From Enterobacteria phage P922, in the sequence record OR999189.1: DNA of 64,000 bases; one strand, written 5' to 3'. Within the stretch, counting starts at the first letter, position 1; the number at the start of each line of letters is the position of its first letter. The notes below the pieces were generated by a model. That model did no database searches, was not told the DNA's origin, and saw nothing but the letters and a program-made list of their open reading frames with translations. Positions 48,927-60,801 of the stretch are shown here, one piece after another. The position numbers and the translations under genes were made by a program.

Positions 48927-50477
48927 TTAGTAATGAACTTTAATAATATAGTTTAATGATATATTCCATGGTCTAGTTTCATAACCAATTAATCCTTCAC
49001 GATTAAGTGTACCATGAGCATCTCTCGGTCCACCTAATTCAAATCCATCATTAGTGAAGTATGAAGCATTATCCCAGTCGGAATATTTTCTAGTTCCAAG
49101 ATATCCTTGATAAACTGACGCGCCAAATGGGCCTTCACTTCTGTTATATTCCCCCCAACCACCGGCGTGTTTATGGTATGACATTTGTTGTGCCTGAACA
49201 CCACCAACATGCATTCCGTCACATCCTACGCCCAGTCTATCCTTTCCATAGCCATCTTGTCCACGTTGATTTAAAATATGACCGCCTGTGCCGGCTCCTC
49301 TGACGAAAAGACCTCGCATATCAGGAATACCAGGATTATTCCAATCACCACCAAATCTTGTTCCAACTACGTTTCTATAATCAGGAAATTGGTCACCTGA
49401 CACGGTTCCACCGTGACACATAGACCAACCTGGAGGTGCTGAATCACCTGCAAACATCATAATAGTCCCAACTGGAATTCTTTCGGACGCATATCTTTCA
49501 GTGGCAACAGGTTGATCGCCATTTTTCCACATTCCGCCGCGTGACCAAATTCCGTTTGCTGTAAGATGGTCTAAATTTAAAGAACCATTAATAGTTTGTC
49601 CACCACGAGTATTAATTACATCTGCGTTCCATGCTAATGCACCAGAGCTATCACCTTCAGGGGCAATACCGGCTTGCGTCGTTAATTTAACTACTCCACG
49701 CATAGAACCAGTAGCTCCTCGACCATTTAGTGTTTCACCTGTTACTGCAACACCCCCTAAATTATTATTAATTTCAGTCTGTGTTCCTAAACGTATAACA
49801 CCCCTATATTCATCTGTTGCAACAGAATTCATAAAGGTATATGGGGAAATTGCATATCCTTCGCGGAGAGTTCCTTGACGAGTTTGCGCAACAGTAGATA
49901 ATTGAACTACTCCTCTCACCGATTCTGTTGCAGTGTCTTCTGACGGAGCTATTTGTGAAATTAATTTTATTGCAAGTTTTTGGGTTTTTAATGGAGTCAT
50001 TGCCGTAGTATCATCTACGCCGGCCAAAGCTGCAGGTGTAGATGATATTTTAATAACCCCGTTTGATGACTCAGACGAATATCTATTTTGGAACACATCG
50101 TCAGTATGGTATTTCAGTTTTTGCGGAGTTATTGATGAATTATTATCTGAGCCTTCTAACGTTTCTTCATTTGTTGAATAACGCGTTAAACCATATTTAG
50201 TTTCAGTAGCATTTGGGTATAATAACCTTGTTGCTAATGTAGCTGGCGTAACGATTTTAGAATTATTAGTTCCATCTAAAACCTCTTGTTCTGACGCAAT
50301 CATTGCTATTCCTTTAACTTCCATAGTTGCATCAGGAATACCATTTACGCCGATATTACTTATTTTTGATAATGCAGACTGCACTGTCGTAACAGTGTTA
50401 GGAAAATTCGATCCTACTGGATCGAATTTAACATATTTTGATTCATTTGATACGTGCTGATATGTATTGTTACTCAT
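48927..50477 (-). CDS. 12: Short tail fiber protein gp12, 516 aa
   Basis: Synteny between wac and 11; repetitive beta-rich body. Confidence 0.9.
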   Translation of the reverse strand: MSNNTYQHVSNESKYVKFDPVGSNFPNTVTTVQSALSKISNIGVNGIPDATMEVKGIAMIASEQEVLDGTNNSKIVTPATLATRLLYPNATETKYGLTRYSTNEETLEGSDNNSSITPQKLKYHTDDVFQNRYSSESSNGVIKISSTPAALAGVDDTTAMTPLKTQKLAIKLISQIAPSEDTATESVRGVVQLSTVAQTRQGTLREGYAISPYTFMNSVATDEYRGVIRLGTQTEINNNLGGVAVTGETLNGRGATGSMRGVVKLTTQAGIAPEGDSSGALAWNADVINTRGGQTINGSLNLDHLTANGIWSRGGMWKNGDQPVATERYASERIPVGTIMMFAGDSAPPGWSMCHGGTVSGDQFPDYRNVVGTRFGGDWNNPGIPDMRGLFVRGAGTGGHILNQRGQDGYGKDRLGVGCDGMHVGGVQAQQMSYHKHAGGWGEYNRSEGPFGASVYQGYLGTRKYSDWDNASYFTNDGFELGGPRDAHGTLNREGLIGYETRPWNISLNYIIKVHY

Positions 50478-51133
50478 GCTACTCTCTCAAAATAATAAAA
50501 TACTGTAGGTTGTGTGTGACTATCTAGCGTAACAGTTTGCGCACCTAATAATTGCCAAGTTCCGTACCCAGGTTTAGAAGGAGAAATTATTTCCTGTTTG
50601 AAAGTAATTCCTTTATCAGAGTATTGTTCTAAGATATGTTCTTGATTATCTAAATACTTAACTTGTATTTTATTTCCTATGGTAGGATGGTCTTCAAATG
50701 AATCAATTGCAATAAATTTTGCTACCATTTCCTGTAGAGCTATTCTAACGGCACTGGTAAATTCGATTGAAGTCATTCCATTAGTAGCTTTAACAGGAAT
50801 GCCAAACATGTTAACAATAACTGGGTCACCTGGTTTGGCTGAAGTATCATTGACAGTTCCTTCAAATGACCAGTAGTCTGTTTGCTGCACGCCAGTAGGA
50901 GATACGCCACTTATATTAACTAATACAGCTCCAACCTGTTGCTCTGCCATATTTCTAACATCATTGATAGCAGATTCTACATTTGGGTCATAAAAACCTT
51001 TTGCTATTTGTGAAATTGTTACAGCGCCTACTGGCTGATTATTCATAACCGAAATATCATTTTTCTTAGTTCTAAAACCAAGAAAATCTGCTAAGCGGGA
51101 AATAACTCCCGCTTTATTATTAAGTAAACTCAT
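50474..51133 (-). CDS. 11: Baseplate wedge / short-fiber attachment protein gp11, 219 aa from [10 protein letters not shown]
   Basis: N-terminus matches recalled T4 gp11; ORF-track start at 51151 is a 6-codon extension. Confidence 0.88.
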   Translation of the reverse strand: MSLLNNKAGVISRLADFLGFRTKKNDISVMNNQPVGAVTISQIAKGFYDPNVESAINDVRNMAEQQVGAVLVNISGVSPTGVQQTDYWSFEGTVNDTSAKPGDPVIVNMFGIPVKATNGMTSIEFTSAVRIALQEMVAKFIAIDSFEDHPTIGNKIQVKYLDNQEHILEQYSDKGITFKQEIISPSKPGYGTWQLLGAQTVTLDSHTQPTVFYYFERVA

Positions 51134-52938
51134 TATGCAATCCTTATCCAACGGTATACAGTAATAGACGGTTGAATATTACTAATATTAGCAGGAGGAG
51201 TATGTGAAGAGTTTGTTGTTGCGTAATCTTCACGGTATTTTGTATATATAGGACCAGTTTCATCTGGGTCATATTGGCAACCTCCAATAATAACCGATCC
51301 ATTTTCGTCTTCAATTAAAACTCTTTCGTCGGTTTTAGTTGCAGGAAGATTTGCGTTTTCAAGCGTTACTGATGTTGTTCCAACCGTTCCACCGGCAGTA
51401 TGTGAAGGATTTCCACTAGAATCTAAATCATTATTGTTTAAAGCAAAGTTTGGATCCGTAACATCATCATTCCATCCTACTAAAACTTGTCCTTTACCAA
51501 ATAATTTCCATGAACCAAACCCCATATAAGTCACCGGATTATTTGGGTTTATAGCATTTTCATAAATTGAACCTACAGGATAAATGCTATCGAAAATAGA
51601 TGATATTGAATTATACGTTCTAGTATAAGAATCAACTTTTTCAACATTTGGCCAACCGATTTTATCAAAATCCGTTAAGGCTACATCACCAGTAACTTCG
51701 GTAGATGATCCTTTACTAACATAACGGTCATCAGTCAATTCAATGATGTCATCTTTTTCTAAAAGAGTTCCTAAATCATTATTGAACCACGTTATAACGA
51801 TTATATCACCTGATTCAAATTTTCTATCAAATAAAAGACTGGTAGGTTTTCCATCTTCATATTCTATAGAATAATCTGTGTTTGATTCTTTCCATTCACC
51901 ACCAAGAGATATACAACCTTCTTGTGTATCTGAACTAGCGCCTTCACACAAAAACAGAGGATATCCAGCTGTTCCAGCTTGTTGCTGTAAAATTCCATTA
52001 AAACGAACCTCAAGAGAGTTAGGATTAATAGGTTCACCAGGAATTAATCCAAAAGCGGAAAATGGAATTGATTTCATCGTCGATAAATCAGTAACGTAAA
52101 TACTTCCTTCTAATGAAGTCTTTGATGTTAGTTTTGAATCTAGTACTTTTATTTGGCGTCTTGTATATGAACTTCTCCATTGTGATACACCATCCATAAA
52201 TGTTTCAATTTGAACAGTGTCACCAATATTACATGGCTGTCTTAGCCTAATATTAAATCCATCGAGAGGAATTAGTTCTCCTTCATTTTCCCCTGGAGAG
52301 CCAAAGTCACTGTTTTCACTAAATACATCACCGTAATATAATTCGTTACCACGATGTTTTACTCTTATGTTATTAACGTTATAACTAGTTCCACGGAAAA
52401 TATCTAAAAAGTCAGTTTGTCCTTGAACTTCAACTAAAAATTCTTTGCGAGCTACATTACTAATATCTGAACTAATAATTTTATCAATTTGTTTGTTTTT
52501 GACATACTCCCAACGTCCTGGAGCGCAATAAACGAGCTCTAAATCACTAAATTGAATATTAATTTCAACTGACGATGACGACCCTTTAATTGTATCTCCG
52601 GAAGCAGCTACTAAAGTAACTGGATTGATGTTCCATGTAGCGAATACGTCTCTAGCTCTAATTACCTTGTTGTAATCATTAACAGTTCCTTTAGGAAGTT
52701 GTAGAGTTACTCTTCCAGACGAAGTATTAATGGCATATGATTTTCCCCATTCTGCCGTTAGTGTTTGTCCAGATGAAGCATTATAAGTTTTCCAGGCACC
52801 GGCTGAATATGGAACATCTCCATCACCAAGTTCATAATAAAGTTCATCAAAGTTTTCATTTATTTTTATACCACCTTTACGCAGGTAGTCACCGGTACCA
52901 TCATCAACAACATTACCGATATTAATATTTTGTTTCAT
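51133..52938 (-). CDS. 10: Baseplate wedge protein gp10, 601 aa
   Basis: Length and synteny. Confidence 0.9.
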   Translation of the reverse strand: MKQNINIGNVVDDGTGDYLRKGGIKINENFDELYYELGDGDVPYSAGAWKTYNASSGQTLTAEWGKSYAINTSSGRVTLQLPKGTVNDYNKVIRARDVFATWNINPVTLVAASGDTIKGSSSSVEINIQFSDLELVYCAPGRWEYVKNKQIDKIISSDISNVARKEFLVEVQGQTDFLDIFRGTSYNVNNIRVKHRGNELYYGDVFSENSDFGSPGENEGELIPLDGFNIRLRQPCNIGDTVQIETFMDGVSQWRSSYTRRQIKVLDSKLTSKTSLEGSIYVTDLSTMKSIPFSAFGLIPGEPINPNSLEVRFNGILQQQAGTAGYPLFLCEGASSDTQEGCISLGGEWKESNTDYSIEYEDGKPTSLLFDRKFESGDIIVITWFNNDLGTLLEKDDIIELTDDRYVSKGSSTEVTGDVALTDFDKIGWPNVEKVDSYTRTYNSISSIFDSIYPVGSIYENAINPNNPVTYMGFGSWKLFGKGQVLVGWNDDVTDPNFALNNNDLDSSGNPSHTAGGTVGTTSVTLENANLPATKTDERVLIEDENGSVIIGGCQYDPDETGPIYTKYREDYATTNSSHTPPANISNIQPSITVYRWIRIA

Positions 52939-53804
52939 TATTGAGCCACCCCGATTTTCTGCGTAGCGATAACTTTAACTGCTGCTCTCATACTGACAGT
53001 TGAAGAACTTATAGTCGCTGTTACATAATTTGTTTTAATACTAAATGCAATATTAGCGATTTCGTCTTCTTCGGTTTCATTCCCAACCCGCATGACAGCA
53101 TATTCAGAAGAAATGACCTCTGAATTAACAGTATCTACAAGAATATTTATTTCTGCTGTTTTAATTTTTCTTCCATCTACTGATTGGCATGTAACTAACA
53201 ATTTAGCCATGTTATATTCAGTACGATGAAATAGCGGAATGTCAACTGATCCAGACGTAGAAATATTCCATGTACCTTCGGCCGGTGATTCCTTTTGGCC
53301 AAACATACTTTCAATAGAATAATTCCAAACTGACGTAGAATTATCAGATGAAATACAACGTAAAGTAACTTTACTATATGGGCTAGTTACTACCAAATTA
53401 CCTGAAACGCCTTTAATTGAATCAATAGCTTGAATCGTTAAAGGATTAGTAACTGATATTGATCCATTTGAGTTAATAAATTCAACGCAGTCGCCAAGTT
53501 CGCCTCTTTCAATGATAACTTTAACACCAACAGTAGAGGTATCAATATCATGTCTAGTACCAACTTTCACCGGAGTTGCGTACTCTGTGATAGAATGCTT
53601 TTGATAATATCCAGTAGCATGGATAATTTGGCCGTTAGCACCAGTGCCATTTGCTACTGCCATTTTACGCTGATCGCCAAACGCGTTATAAATTGCGTTA
53701 AAATCACTATTAATTTTATTACCACCGTCGAATAAGATATCACCAGTAGAAGCGTTACCAATTTCGCCGGTATCAATCAATTTCTTTGGTTCTTGAATGA
53801 ACAT
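52938..53804 (-). CDS. 9: Baseplate wedge / long-fiber socket protein gp9, 288 aa
   Basis: Length 288 aa and synteny. Confidence 0.9.
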   Translation of the reverse strand: MFIQEPKKLIDTGEIGNASTGDILFDGGNKINSDFNAIYNAFGDQRKMAVANGTGANGQIIHATGYYQKHSITEYATPVKVGTRHDIDTSTVGVKVIIERGELGDCVEFINSNGSISVTNPLTIQAIDSIKGVSGNLVVTSPYSKVTLRCISSDNSTSVWNYSIESMFGQKESPAEGTWNISTSGSVDIPLFHRTEYNMAKLLVTCQSVDGRKIKTAEINILVDTVNSEVISSEYAVMRVGNETEEDEIANIAFSIKTNYVTATISSSTVSMRAAVKVIATQKIGVAQ

Positions 53805-53867
53805 AGCGGTTTCCTTATGAGTTTATAGTATTTATAAAGAAAAAGGGAGCCCATGGGCTCCCTTAAT

Positions 53868-54872
53868 TTAAAATGTAAACAGAATATTGATTTCTTCTGT
53901 TTGATCCATTGCCATAATAATAGGTGGCCTATTTTCCATATAAATCATTTCGCCCGAATGCCTCATTAAATCTTCCGGATCATAGTAATCCTTTTCAGCT
54001 TTAACGTTTGGGTCGTTTGGATGAACTTTAGCTTCAAGAGGATTCGTGATTATCGATATTTGTCTAAATCCTTTATTTCCTGGCAATGCAGCTTCAGGAA
54101 AATAAACTGAATCTAAGTATGCTTTAAAACGAATAGTATTTGCCTTAACCCGGTAAATTAATCCAAAATCATCTTGCTGCCAGGTGAGGTTATCTTCATA
54201 CCCCCATCTAGTCGGATCTTCTTTTAATTCCTCAGGCCAAGGAACCACGATATATTCATTCGTGCATCTGTTTATAGATACATCAGGCGGAATCTCAAAA
54301 AGATATTCCCATACATACCCGTCTCCAGGTTCGATTGTTCCTTCCGCGTCTCCTCGACCTTCAGGAGGAGTCATTGACCTAACAGAAGGAGTCCATTTTC
54401 CACCTAGCTTAAGGCATTCATCCTTATTAGTTAAAGACTCAATTGAGCACATTCCAGTATCAGGAACATCTAAACAACGATATACTAACCAGCCTGCGCC
54501 TGATTCGGTAGCGTTGTAAGGAGCTGAGTTACACACTACAATATCGTTAATTCTAAATGTGTATGGATCCGGATATCTAGTATCTCCCCAATCTCTACGA
54601 GGAATAACTGCATCAAGCATAGATGGAAGAACCTTTACGGTTCCCATCATATGAGTCCACATGTCAGTTACACCTAACACAGAATCAGTGGGATAAGGTG
54701 GGGCAAATCCCACCTCATTTTCGTTTGATGACCACGGTTCTGATCTTCCAAATGTAATAAAGATAGTGTTTTTATCCGGACCACTTCCAATTGAATTATA
54801 AAAATTCAACATTTTTTCTGTTCTAAATTTTGAAGTAACTATCGCACGATAGATAACACTTGAATCATTCAT
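53868..54872 (-). CDS. 8: Baseplate wedge protein gp8, 334 aa
   Basis: Length 334 aa and synteny. Confidence 0.9.
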   Translation of the reverse strand: MNDSSVIYRAIVTSKFRTEKMLNFYNSIGSGPDKNTIFITFGRSEPWSSNENEVGFAPPYPTDSVLGVTDMWTHMMGTVKVLPSMLDAVIPRRDWGDTRYPDPYTFRINDIVVCNSAPYNATESGAGWLVYRCLDVPDTGMCSIESLTNKDECLKLGGKWTPSVRSMTPPEGRGDAEGTIEPGDGYVWEYLFEIPPDVSINRCTNEYIVVPWPEELKEDPTRWGYEDNLTWQQDDFGLIYRVKANTIRFKAYLDSVYFPEAALPGNKGFRQISIITNPLEAKVHPNDPNVKAEKDYYDPEDLMRHSGEMIYMENRPPIIMAMDQTEEINILFTF

Positions 54873-57800
54873 CTATTTTAACCTGTGTTGGATTTTCAGG
54901 GTCTCTTGGATTTCCTATATTATCTTTTAGACGTTTATTAACTAAATCCCTAAACTGTGCAAATGTTGTTCCAGATGCGTCAAATAGAGGACTCATTAAC
55001 TTGCGTCGTTCAGAAGGCAATTGACCTTGAAATATTGAATTATTATTTTCAGCATTATAGTCATTAGGAAGAGGATATTTTACACCAGCCATTGGGCCAG
55101 GTTCATAAATTGCTTCTCCTGTTACTGAATCATGTTCAATTTCACCAGTTGGAGTTAATTTAGCTACTCTATCAGCATATTCAGTAGGCAATCCAGAATC
55201 CCACTTGTAGTTTTTGTATTTATTAATTATAGTCTCTGTATGTTTAAGAGTTAAACCGACATTAATAAACATTGTTAAAAGAGTAATTGCTATAAATCCA
55301 AATCCTACTGGATGAACAAAACGAATAACGTCAGATTTCCAGCGAGAAGAAGGTAAATTGGATTTAATTTTCATTACATAATATGATCGGCTTCTATTAA
55401 TATAGTCTATATTATTTTGAAGCAAATCCTTTCCTTTAACACCACGAATAATTTCGCCTTCAAAACTAGGGAGTCTTTCTGCTTTAACTTCTTGACCGGC
55501 AATTAATCTTCCCAAAAGATTATGAATAGTTACAGTCCATTGCAATTTACCGTTAGAATAACTTCTTTCTATATAAGTAACATTACATCTTCCTGTAGCT
55601 GTATAAATCGTTTGTCCTACTAAGTCTTCAGTCAAAGAATCAGATTGAATGATTATATCATATTCAGTACCAGCCCCAGATTCAATTTCAATTTCAACTT
55701 CTTCATTATAAAGAACTTTAAAAAGAAATTTGTATGATGCTTCAATTCCTTTAGTAGAATAAAAATCATAGCTACGTGATTCAAAAAATCTTGCAACAGC
55801 ATCACGTTTATCAGCATTTAAATAAATGTTTCTTTTATATATCTCTGACCACAAATATTCCCATGCATGCTCTTCTCGTGGATATTTGTTACGAATTAAA
55901 TTTCGTAAATTGTTATACTGAGTTCCATATCCATCAGAAAGATATTGAATATATGCTTCGCAAAATGCCTCAAAATTCGAATCTTGTAGTAAATAAGAAT
56001 CAGGCATCATTGTGCCAATCAATGGTCTTAAATCAGGGTCAGCTAATCCATGCTCTTCTTCTGGTGACCAAGGAGTTTCACGCTCTTGGTTTTGTAAAAA
56101 TGCTTTTAAAAATATTCCAGTTGGCTTCCAAATTATTTCAACCGTGTCTCTCACTCGATAGTTAAAATCATAGTAAGAAATTATTTCACCAGAAGATTTA
56201 TAAAAAAGCATCCCAGACGCATATTTTTTAAATCCCGTGAATTTAACATTTGGCATTACTATCGTACAATCACCATCATCCCAGTATTCATGAACTAATC
56301 TATCTGGCGATGTTTCCGGAATATTTTCTATAACTTTAGTGTATTTTAAATCAGCATAAACTACTACAGCTCTGTCAGAGTTGTTTATCCAACAACGTGT
56401 GTTAGATTTTTTAGACCAGTTAAAGAATGGTTCTGCATAATATTTCATCGGTTGAGGCGTAAAAGTTTCCCAATCAGATTTTTCATCTGCTATAAATGCC
56501 ATCATATGATAATGCTTATCGGCTAGCCATTCACGAGGAAATTCATATTTAACAGCACCGATTAACTGATATTTCGCTGCAGTTTCAGGGTCATTAACAA
56601 TGTTATCACTTAAAAATTTAAAATTACTCGAAGATAGAGAAACTAATTTACCGTCAGTTGACATATTCGCATATCCAGGTTGAATACGTCTTCTTTCTTC
56701 TTCAGTGTTGCCAAAAACTCTTTTCCATGTTTTCGTTTCATGATTTAAAATATATATTCCTTTATCAGCAGAGTCAATTATTTTTGATGTTCTAGGATTA
56801 GCATTTAATGTTTCAACTTCACCAATAATAAGAGCAAAAACTTTATCACCGATAGAATCCATTTTATAGCATACTGCTTTAGGATTTCCGGTTATAGTCA
56901 TTGTATCAGGTTCAAAAAGTCTTTCCGAATATGTTGGAGATAATGGATCAGAATCTATAGGTGCATTACTCGTTTTTATGTATCTAACTTTGTCTCTGGC
57001 GACAACGTAAATGTAATAATCAGTGCAAGTAATAGCTTCAGCTATACGATACACATTTGCAGGTAATGTAGCATAAGTACCAAATATTTCAACATCAAAT
57101 CCCAAATGAAGTTGATCTCCAAGTTTAGCAAATGTTATATCTTGTGAACTAAATCTAACATCATCAGCTGACCATCTAACATCAGTAGATTTGCGGCCAT
57201 AGAAAATCTTGTCGTATCCTAGAACGTATGTTGTGCTCGCAGATTGGTAATATACAGTCTTAGATAAAGGATATCCTACACGGTCATTGAAGAGCTTTAC
57301 AGCTTTCCAAGTTTGTCCTTTATCATTAGATACTTTAACTACAGGTTGATAACGCTCAAAAAGATATAGAATCCCTTCTGATTCCATCAAATAAACTCGA
57401 TTAATATCCTTACATACTTGCTGAATAGAACCTTGTATTTCATGATACTCATTTTCACCAATAATAAAATTACTTATTGATGAAACATCAGCATATGATG
57501 GGCTGAATTGGAATGATTCATTCATCAATGCAGCCATTATAGTATCATTATTAAAATTAACATAGTCAGAATTATTAAGAGTAAATTTTTCCTGAATGAA
57601 TTTATTAGCTAATTGCATTTCAATCATGTTTTGAAATGTATAAGCGTTTGTAGCAAAAGTTTCAAACTCTTCAGTATAAATCCAATCAGACTGCTCAAAA
57701 TCCTGCGCAGCTGTAGCTACTCTAATAATGTACGATGTCAATGGATTAGCATTATCAAAAAAGAAGCTGTTATTTGCAGTATATCCTAAGTTAATCCATC

Positions 57801-57963
57801 GGTATTGATTGCTCGGGAGATTTTCTCCCGAGTTTGTTTTTGTCTCAGCGATTTCTACAAAATAGTAGAAATTAGCACCAACGTCATCCCAGCGTACTTG
57901 CACCTGATTTGCGGATAACTTGGAAATTCTGAGACTAGTGACTGAAGGTGCTTTTACTGTCAT
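54865..57963 (-). CDS. 7: Baseplate wedge protein gp7, 1032 aa
   Basis: Length 1032 aa and synteny. Confidence 0.93.
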   Translation of the reverse strand: MTVKAPSVTSLRISKLSANQVQVRWDDVGANFYYFVEIAETKTNSGENLPSNQYRWINLGYTANNSFFFDNANPLTSYIIRVATAAQDFEQSDWIYTEEFETFATNAYTFQNMIEMQLANKFIQEKFTLNNSDYVNFNNDTIMAALMNESFQFSPSYADVSSISNFIIGENEYHEIQGSIQQVCKDINRVYLMESEGILYLFERYQPVVKVSNDKGQTWKAVKLFNDRVGYPLSKTVYYQSASTTYVLGYDKIFYGRKSTDVRWSADDVRFSSQDITFAKLGDQLHLGFDVEIFGTYATLPANVYRIAEAITCTDYYIYVVARDKVRYIKTSNAPIDSDPLSPTYSERLFEPDTMTITGNPKAVCYKMDSIGDKVFALIIGEVETLNANPRTSKIIDSADKGIYILNHETKTWKRVFGNTEEERRRIQPGYANMSTDGKLVSLSSSNFKFLSDNIVNDPETAAKYQLIGAVKYEFPREWLADKHYHMMAFIADEKSDWETFTPQPMKYYAEPFFNWSKKSNTRCWINNSDRAVVVYADLKYTKVIENIPETSPDRLVHEYWDDGDCTIVMPNVKFTGFKKYASGMLFYKSSGEIISYYDFNYRVRDTVEIIWKPTGIFLKAFLQNQERETPWSPEEEHGLADPDLRPLIGTMMPDSYLLQDSNFEAFCEAYIQYLSDGYGTQYNNLRNLIRNKYPREEHAWEYLWSEIYKRNIYLNADKRDAVARFFESRSYDFYSTKGIEASYKFLFKVLYNEEVEIEIESGAGTEYDIIIQSDSLTEDLVGQTIYTATGRCNVTYIERSYSNGKLQWTVTIHNLLGRLIAGQEVKAERLPSFEGEIIRGVKGKDLLQNNIDYINRSRSYYVMKIKSNLPSSRWKSDVIRFVHPVGFGFIAITLLTMFINVGLTLKHTETIINKYKNYKWDSGLPTEYADRVAKLTPTGEIEHDSVTGEAIYEPGPMAGVKYPLPNDYNAENNNSIFQGQLPSERRKLMSPLFDASGTTFAQFRDLVNKRLKDNIGNPRDPENPTQVKIDE

Positions 57964-59942
57964 TGTGATATAGGCTCCAAATCGATAGTTAAGTATTGCG
58001 GGCGTAAATCATTTTCAAATACAATCAGTGAACCATCACGTGTGAAAATAACATCGTCTATTGGGTCAGAATATAGTTCAATAGTCTGAACCTCAAATTT
58101 ATCGGATGTTAAATTAATTTTAGCGATATTCCAATAAATCATATCAGCTGGATAATTTATTTCACCGATAACATAGTATTTGTCGCGTCCACTAGAATTT
58201 GCTAATTTATTAAAATCGTTGCCTGTGTATGGACGAATGTTTTTATTTTCTGTAACATCACCAGAAGCAAATGGACCAATAATAACTTTACCAATTCCTT
58301 TAGAATTTCGGTCTGTTGATACTATGCGAACGTCATATAATACATCTTCTTCTAAACCAGTATCAGGATTTACAACCTTTCGTCCAGAATTAAATGAAAA
58401 CGTATTAGATTCCATAGAACGGTCTTTTATTTGATTATTGTATTTAATACCTGCTTCAGGCGTTTTATAGAAGTTTTGTACTTCACGAACAATTTGAATT
58501 GTCGCTGATGAGCCAATGATAGAATGATCTGCATCATCTACATATGTCAACATCTTAGATTTAGCGAAAGATGAGTTAAAAATTTCTACGTCTTCGGTAT
58601 AATAACGATCAATTTTATCAATTATTTGACCTTCGAGCCACTGTTCGGATTCTTGCAGCTTATTTAAAGCATATGTGACTTTTAAATTAGTCTTAATAAA
58701 AAGGTAATTAGGAGAAATAATTGATGGTGTAATAGGAGCTAAATTATAGTCTTTGAGATAATTTTTAATATCTTCACGCTGTACAGTAGTTAAATACAGA
58801 CCTGATTTAGGTTTAGCAGCAATAAATGCATAACCGGGTTTTGTAGAATCAGTGAAAGTTTGAACTGCTTGAATAATAGAACCAAATCTCTCTGAAACGA
58901 ATGTATCATAATCAGTCGCAGTTACGCAGCGTTGTTGGGTTTCGCGTTTAATAGTACCCAATTCGCGAATACGCTCAATATCTTCTGGGTCACCACCGCC
59001 GTCTGCTCCAACGAAATCTGGGTCGTCGTTTGGATTTTCATTAATATTGATGACAGTTATATTTGTTAATGTATCTGCATATGAAAATCCGACTGCGCCA
59101 TTCGCATCTGCACCGTTAGTACTGATGTACTCAATAACAATCGTAGAGTTCTGGGTAGGTTTAAGACCTCCAATATAATTAGCGGTCAATGCTCCTTCTG
59201 CCGCATTAACGGAAATCTCACCTTCACCAAAATAAAATTCAGTATTTCCATCAATAGTTTCACGCATGTAGTAAATTGTTGATGTAGAACCAGCATGAAC
59301 CATTGACTTTCTTGTCCAGTTAATCCATTCTGCTCCATCAACGTATAGTTTAACTTGGTTTCTATCTATATTTTTGTCATAAATGATAATAGGTGTTAAT
59401 TTATCATAAATGATTTCAGTTCTTACTATACGTCCTTGGGCTAATTTTAAACGCGGAAAATATTGGTTATTTTTATCGCGAATAGCAATAACATCTTCAG
59501 TAGATACAAAGTTATAAGGATTAACGGAAGTATCTTTTGCATATGCTAAAAAGCGAGTACCACGAGGAATAGTAATATAATTTCTATTCAATGCGTCTGT
59601 ACAAGTTAGCATAATTTCAGTTTGAGCAGCTGATTTTGAAGTAGGTAAATATCCATTATCTTGTGCAGCTTGAACTACTGAACTACGCAAATTAGCAGTA
59701 CGCATAAAGCTTTCATACAAGGCAGCATTACCAAACTGCTGAATGTACAATGTATTATAAGCCAAAAGGTCACACAGAACGTTTAATCTTGAGCCTTCAA
59801 AATCATAATCCAAAAATTCATTTTGGCCATTAAGCCATTCAATGAGGTTTTGTTTTATTTCAGCAAATGTACCCCCGACGAATATCTCGGGAATAGCATT
59901 TGCTGTTCTTGTTAATTGATAATTTACAGGGGTCTTTGCCAT
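57960..59942 (-). CDS. 6: Baseplate wedge protein gp6, 660 aa
   Basis: Length 660 aa and synteny. Confidence 0.93.
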   Translation of the reverse strand: MAKTPVNYQLTRTANAIPEIFVGGTFAEIKQNLIEWLNGQNEFLDYDFEGSRLNVLCDLLAYNTLYIQQFGNAALYESFMRTANLRSSVVQAAQDNGYLPTSKSAAQTEIMLTCTDALNRNYITIPRGTRFLAYAKDTSVNPYNFVSTEDVIAIRDKNNQYFPRLKLAQGRIVRTEIIYDKLTPIIIYDKNIDRNQVKLYVDGAEWINWTRKSMVHAGSTSTIYYMRETIDGNTEFYFGEGEISVNAAEGALTANYIGGLKPTQNSTIVIEYISTNGADANGAVGFSYADTLTNITVININENPNDDPDFVGADGGGDPEDIERIRELGTIKRETQQRCVTATDYDTFVSERFGSIIQAVQTFTDSTKPGYAFIAAKPKSGLYLTTVQREDIKNYLKDYNLAPITPSIISPNYLFIKTNLKVTYALNKLQESEQWLEGQIIDKIDRYYTEDVEIFNSSFAKSKMLTYVDDADHSIIGSSATIQIVREVQNFYKTPEAGIKYNNQIKDRSMESNTFSFNSGRKVVNPDTGLEEDVLYDVRIVSTDRNSKGIGKVIIGPFASGDVTENKNIRPYTGNDFNKLANSSGRDKYYVIGEINYPADMIYWNIAKINLTSDKFEVQTIELYSDPIDDVIFTRDGSLIVFENDLRPQYLTIDLEPISQ

Positions 59943-59950
59943 TTTAAATC

Positions 59951-60244
59951 CTATTTAATGAATACTTTAGATGATGCCTGAGCCACAGTATCACCGCATG
60001 ATATTGGATCAGCCATTTGAACAGCTTTCTTTCCAGTGACATATACCTTAGAAGTTCTAGGTTGTGCCACTCCGCCATGTGTTTCATATGGCTTTTTAAT
60101 TTCTGTATGTTCTGTAATTGGATCACCTGCCACGAGAACAGCAATTCCTCCAGTGAATACTTTACTTTGTGTAGCATTCACAACTGTTGGAGGCCACGCT
60201 TCATGACCAGCAGTAACACACTTATCATAACTTAATCCTGACAT
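59951..60244 (-). CDS. 5.4: PAAR-repeat spike-tip protein gp5.4, 97 aa
   Basis: Length 97 aa, position between 5.1 and 6. Confidence 0.8.
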   Translation of the reverse strand: MSGLSYDKCVTAGHEAWPPTVVNATQSKVFTGGIAVLVAGDPITEHTEIKKPYETHGGVAQPRTSKVYVTGKKAVQMADPISCGDTVAQASSKVFIK

Positions 60245-60801
60245 TATTGCCTCTCATATACGTAGCTTCTTAATTTATTAGCCCAACGACTCCAATTTCC
60301 AACTATAGTTTTTGTGTAATTTTTAACAAGAGTTTTTCTTATTGGAGCAGGAGGATCCGTTGGTTCAGTAGTATCAGAAGATGACCTAGAATTACTACCA
60401 GAACCTCCAGATTCACTTTGTTCTTGATAGTCATATATTAATGTTACTTCGTAAGTGAATGTCTTCTGGAGGTTTTGAGGAGCTTTCCATAGATATAACT
60501 GAGTATTAGAATCAGTTGGAAGGTCTTCCCATGAAGCAGCAGTTTTAAATTCATTATCTAAACGATATTTTAGTGCGTCATTTCCAAATCCAAACACAGA
60601 TTCATACGTTCCATATAAACGATTTTCTTCTACTAAAACCCCAGGAGTTTCTTCGTAACTAGTTATATTTATAGATACTAACGTTTCACCTGTTTCTAAT
60701 TGAGCGGTAAAGGTGACGTCAATAGAAGAACCTTCCATGGATTCTCCTAAATCAGCGCTCATTGGAAGTATATTAGCCAATGTCAATCCTCGATCCATCA
60801 A
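60244..60801 (-). CDS. Hypothetical protein, 185 aa (T4 5.1 position)
   Basis: ORF overlapping gp5 3' end. Confidence 0.6.
   Translation of the reverse strand: MMDRGLTLANILPMSADLGESMEGSSIDVTFTAQLETGETLVSINITSYEETPGVLVEENRLYGTYESVFGFGNDALKYRLDNEFKTAASWEDLPTDSNTQLYLWKAPQNLQKTFTYEVTLIYDYQEQSESGGSGSNSRSSSDTTEPTDPPAPIRKTLVKNYTKTIVGNWSRWANKLRSYVYERQ

Noticed and set aside
54184-54519. 111-aa plus-strand ORF inside gene 8
   Set aside because: Antisense to a conserved late gene; no start context.
55776-56165. 129-aa plus-strand ORF inside gene 7
   Set aside because: Antisense to gp7; composition typical of a spurious AT-rich frame.
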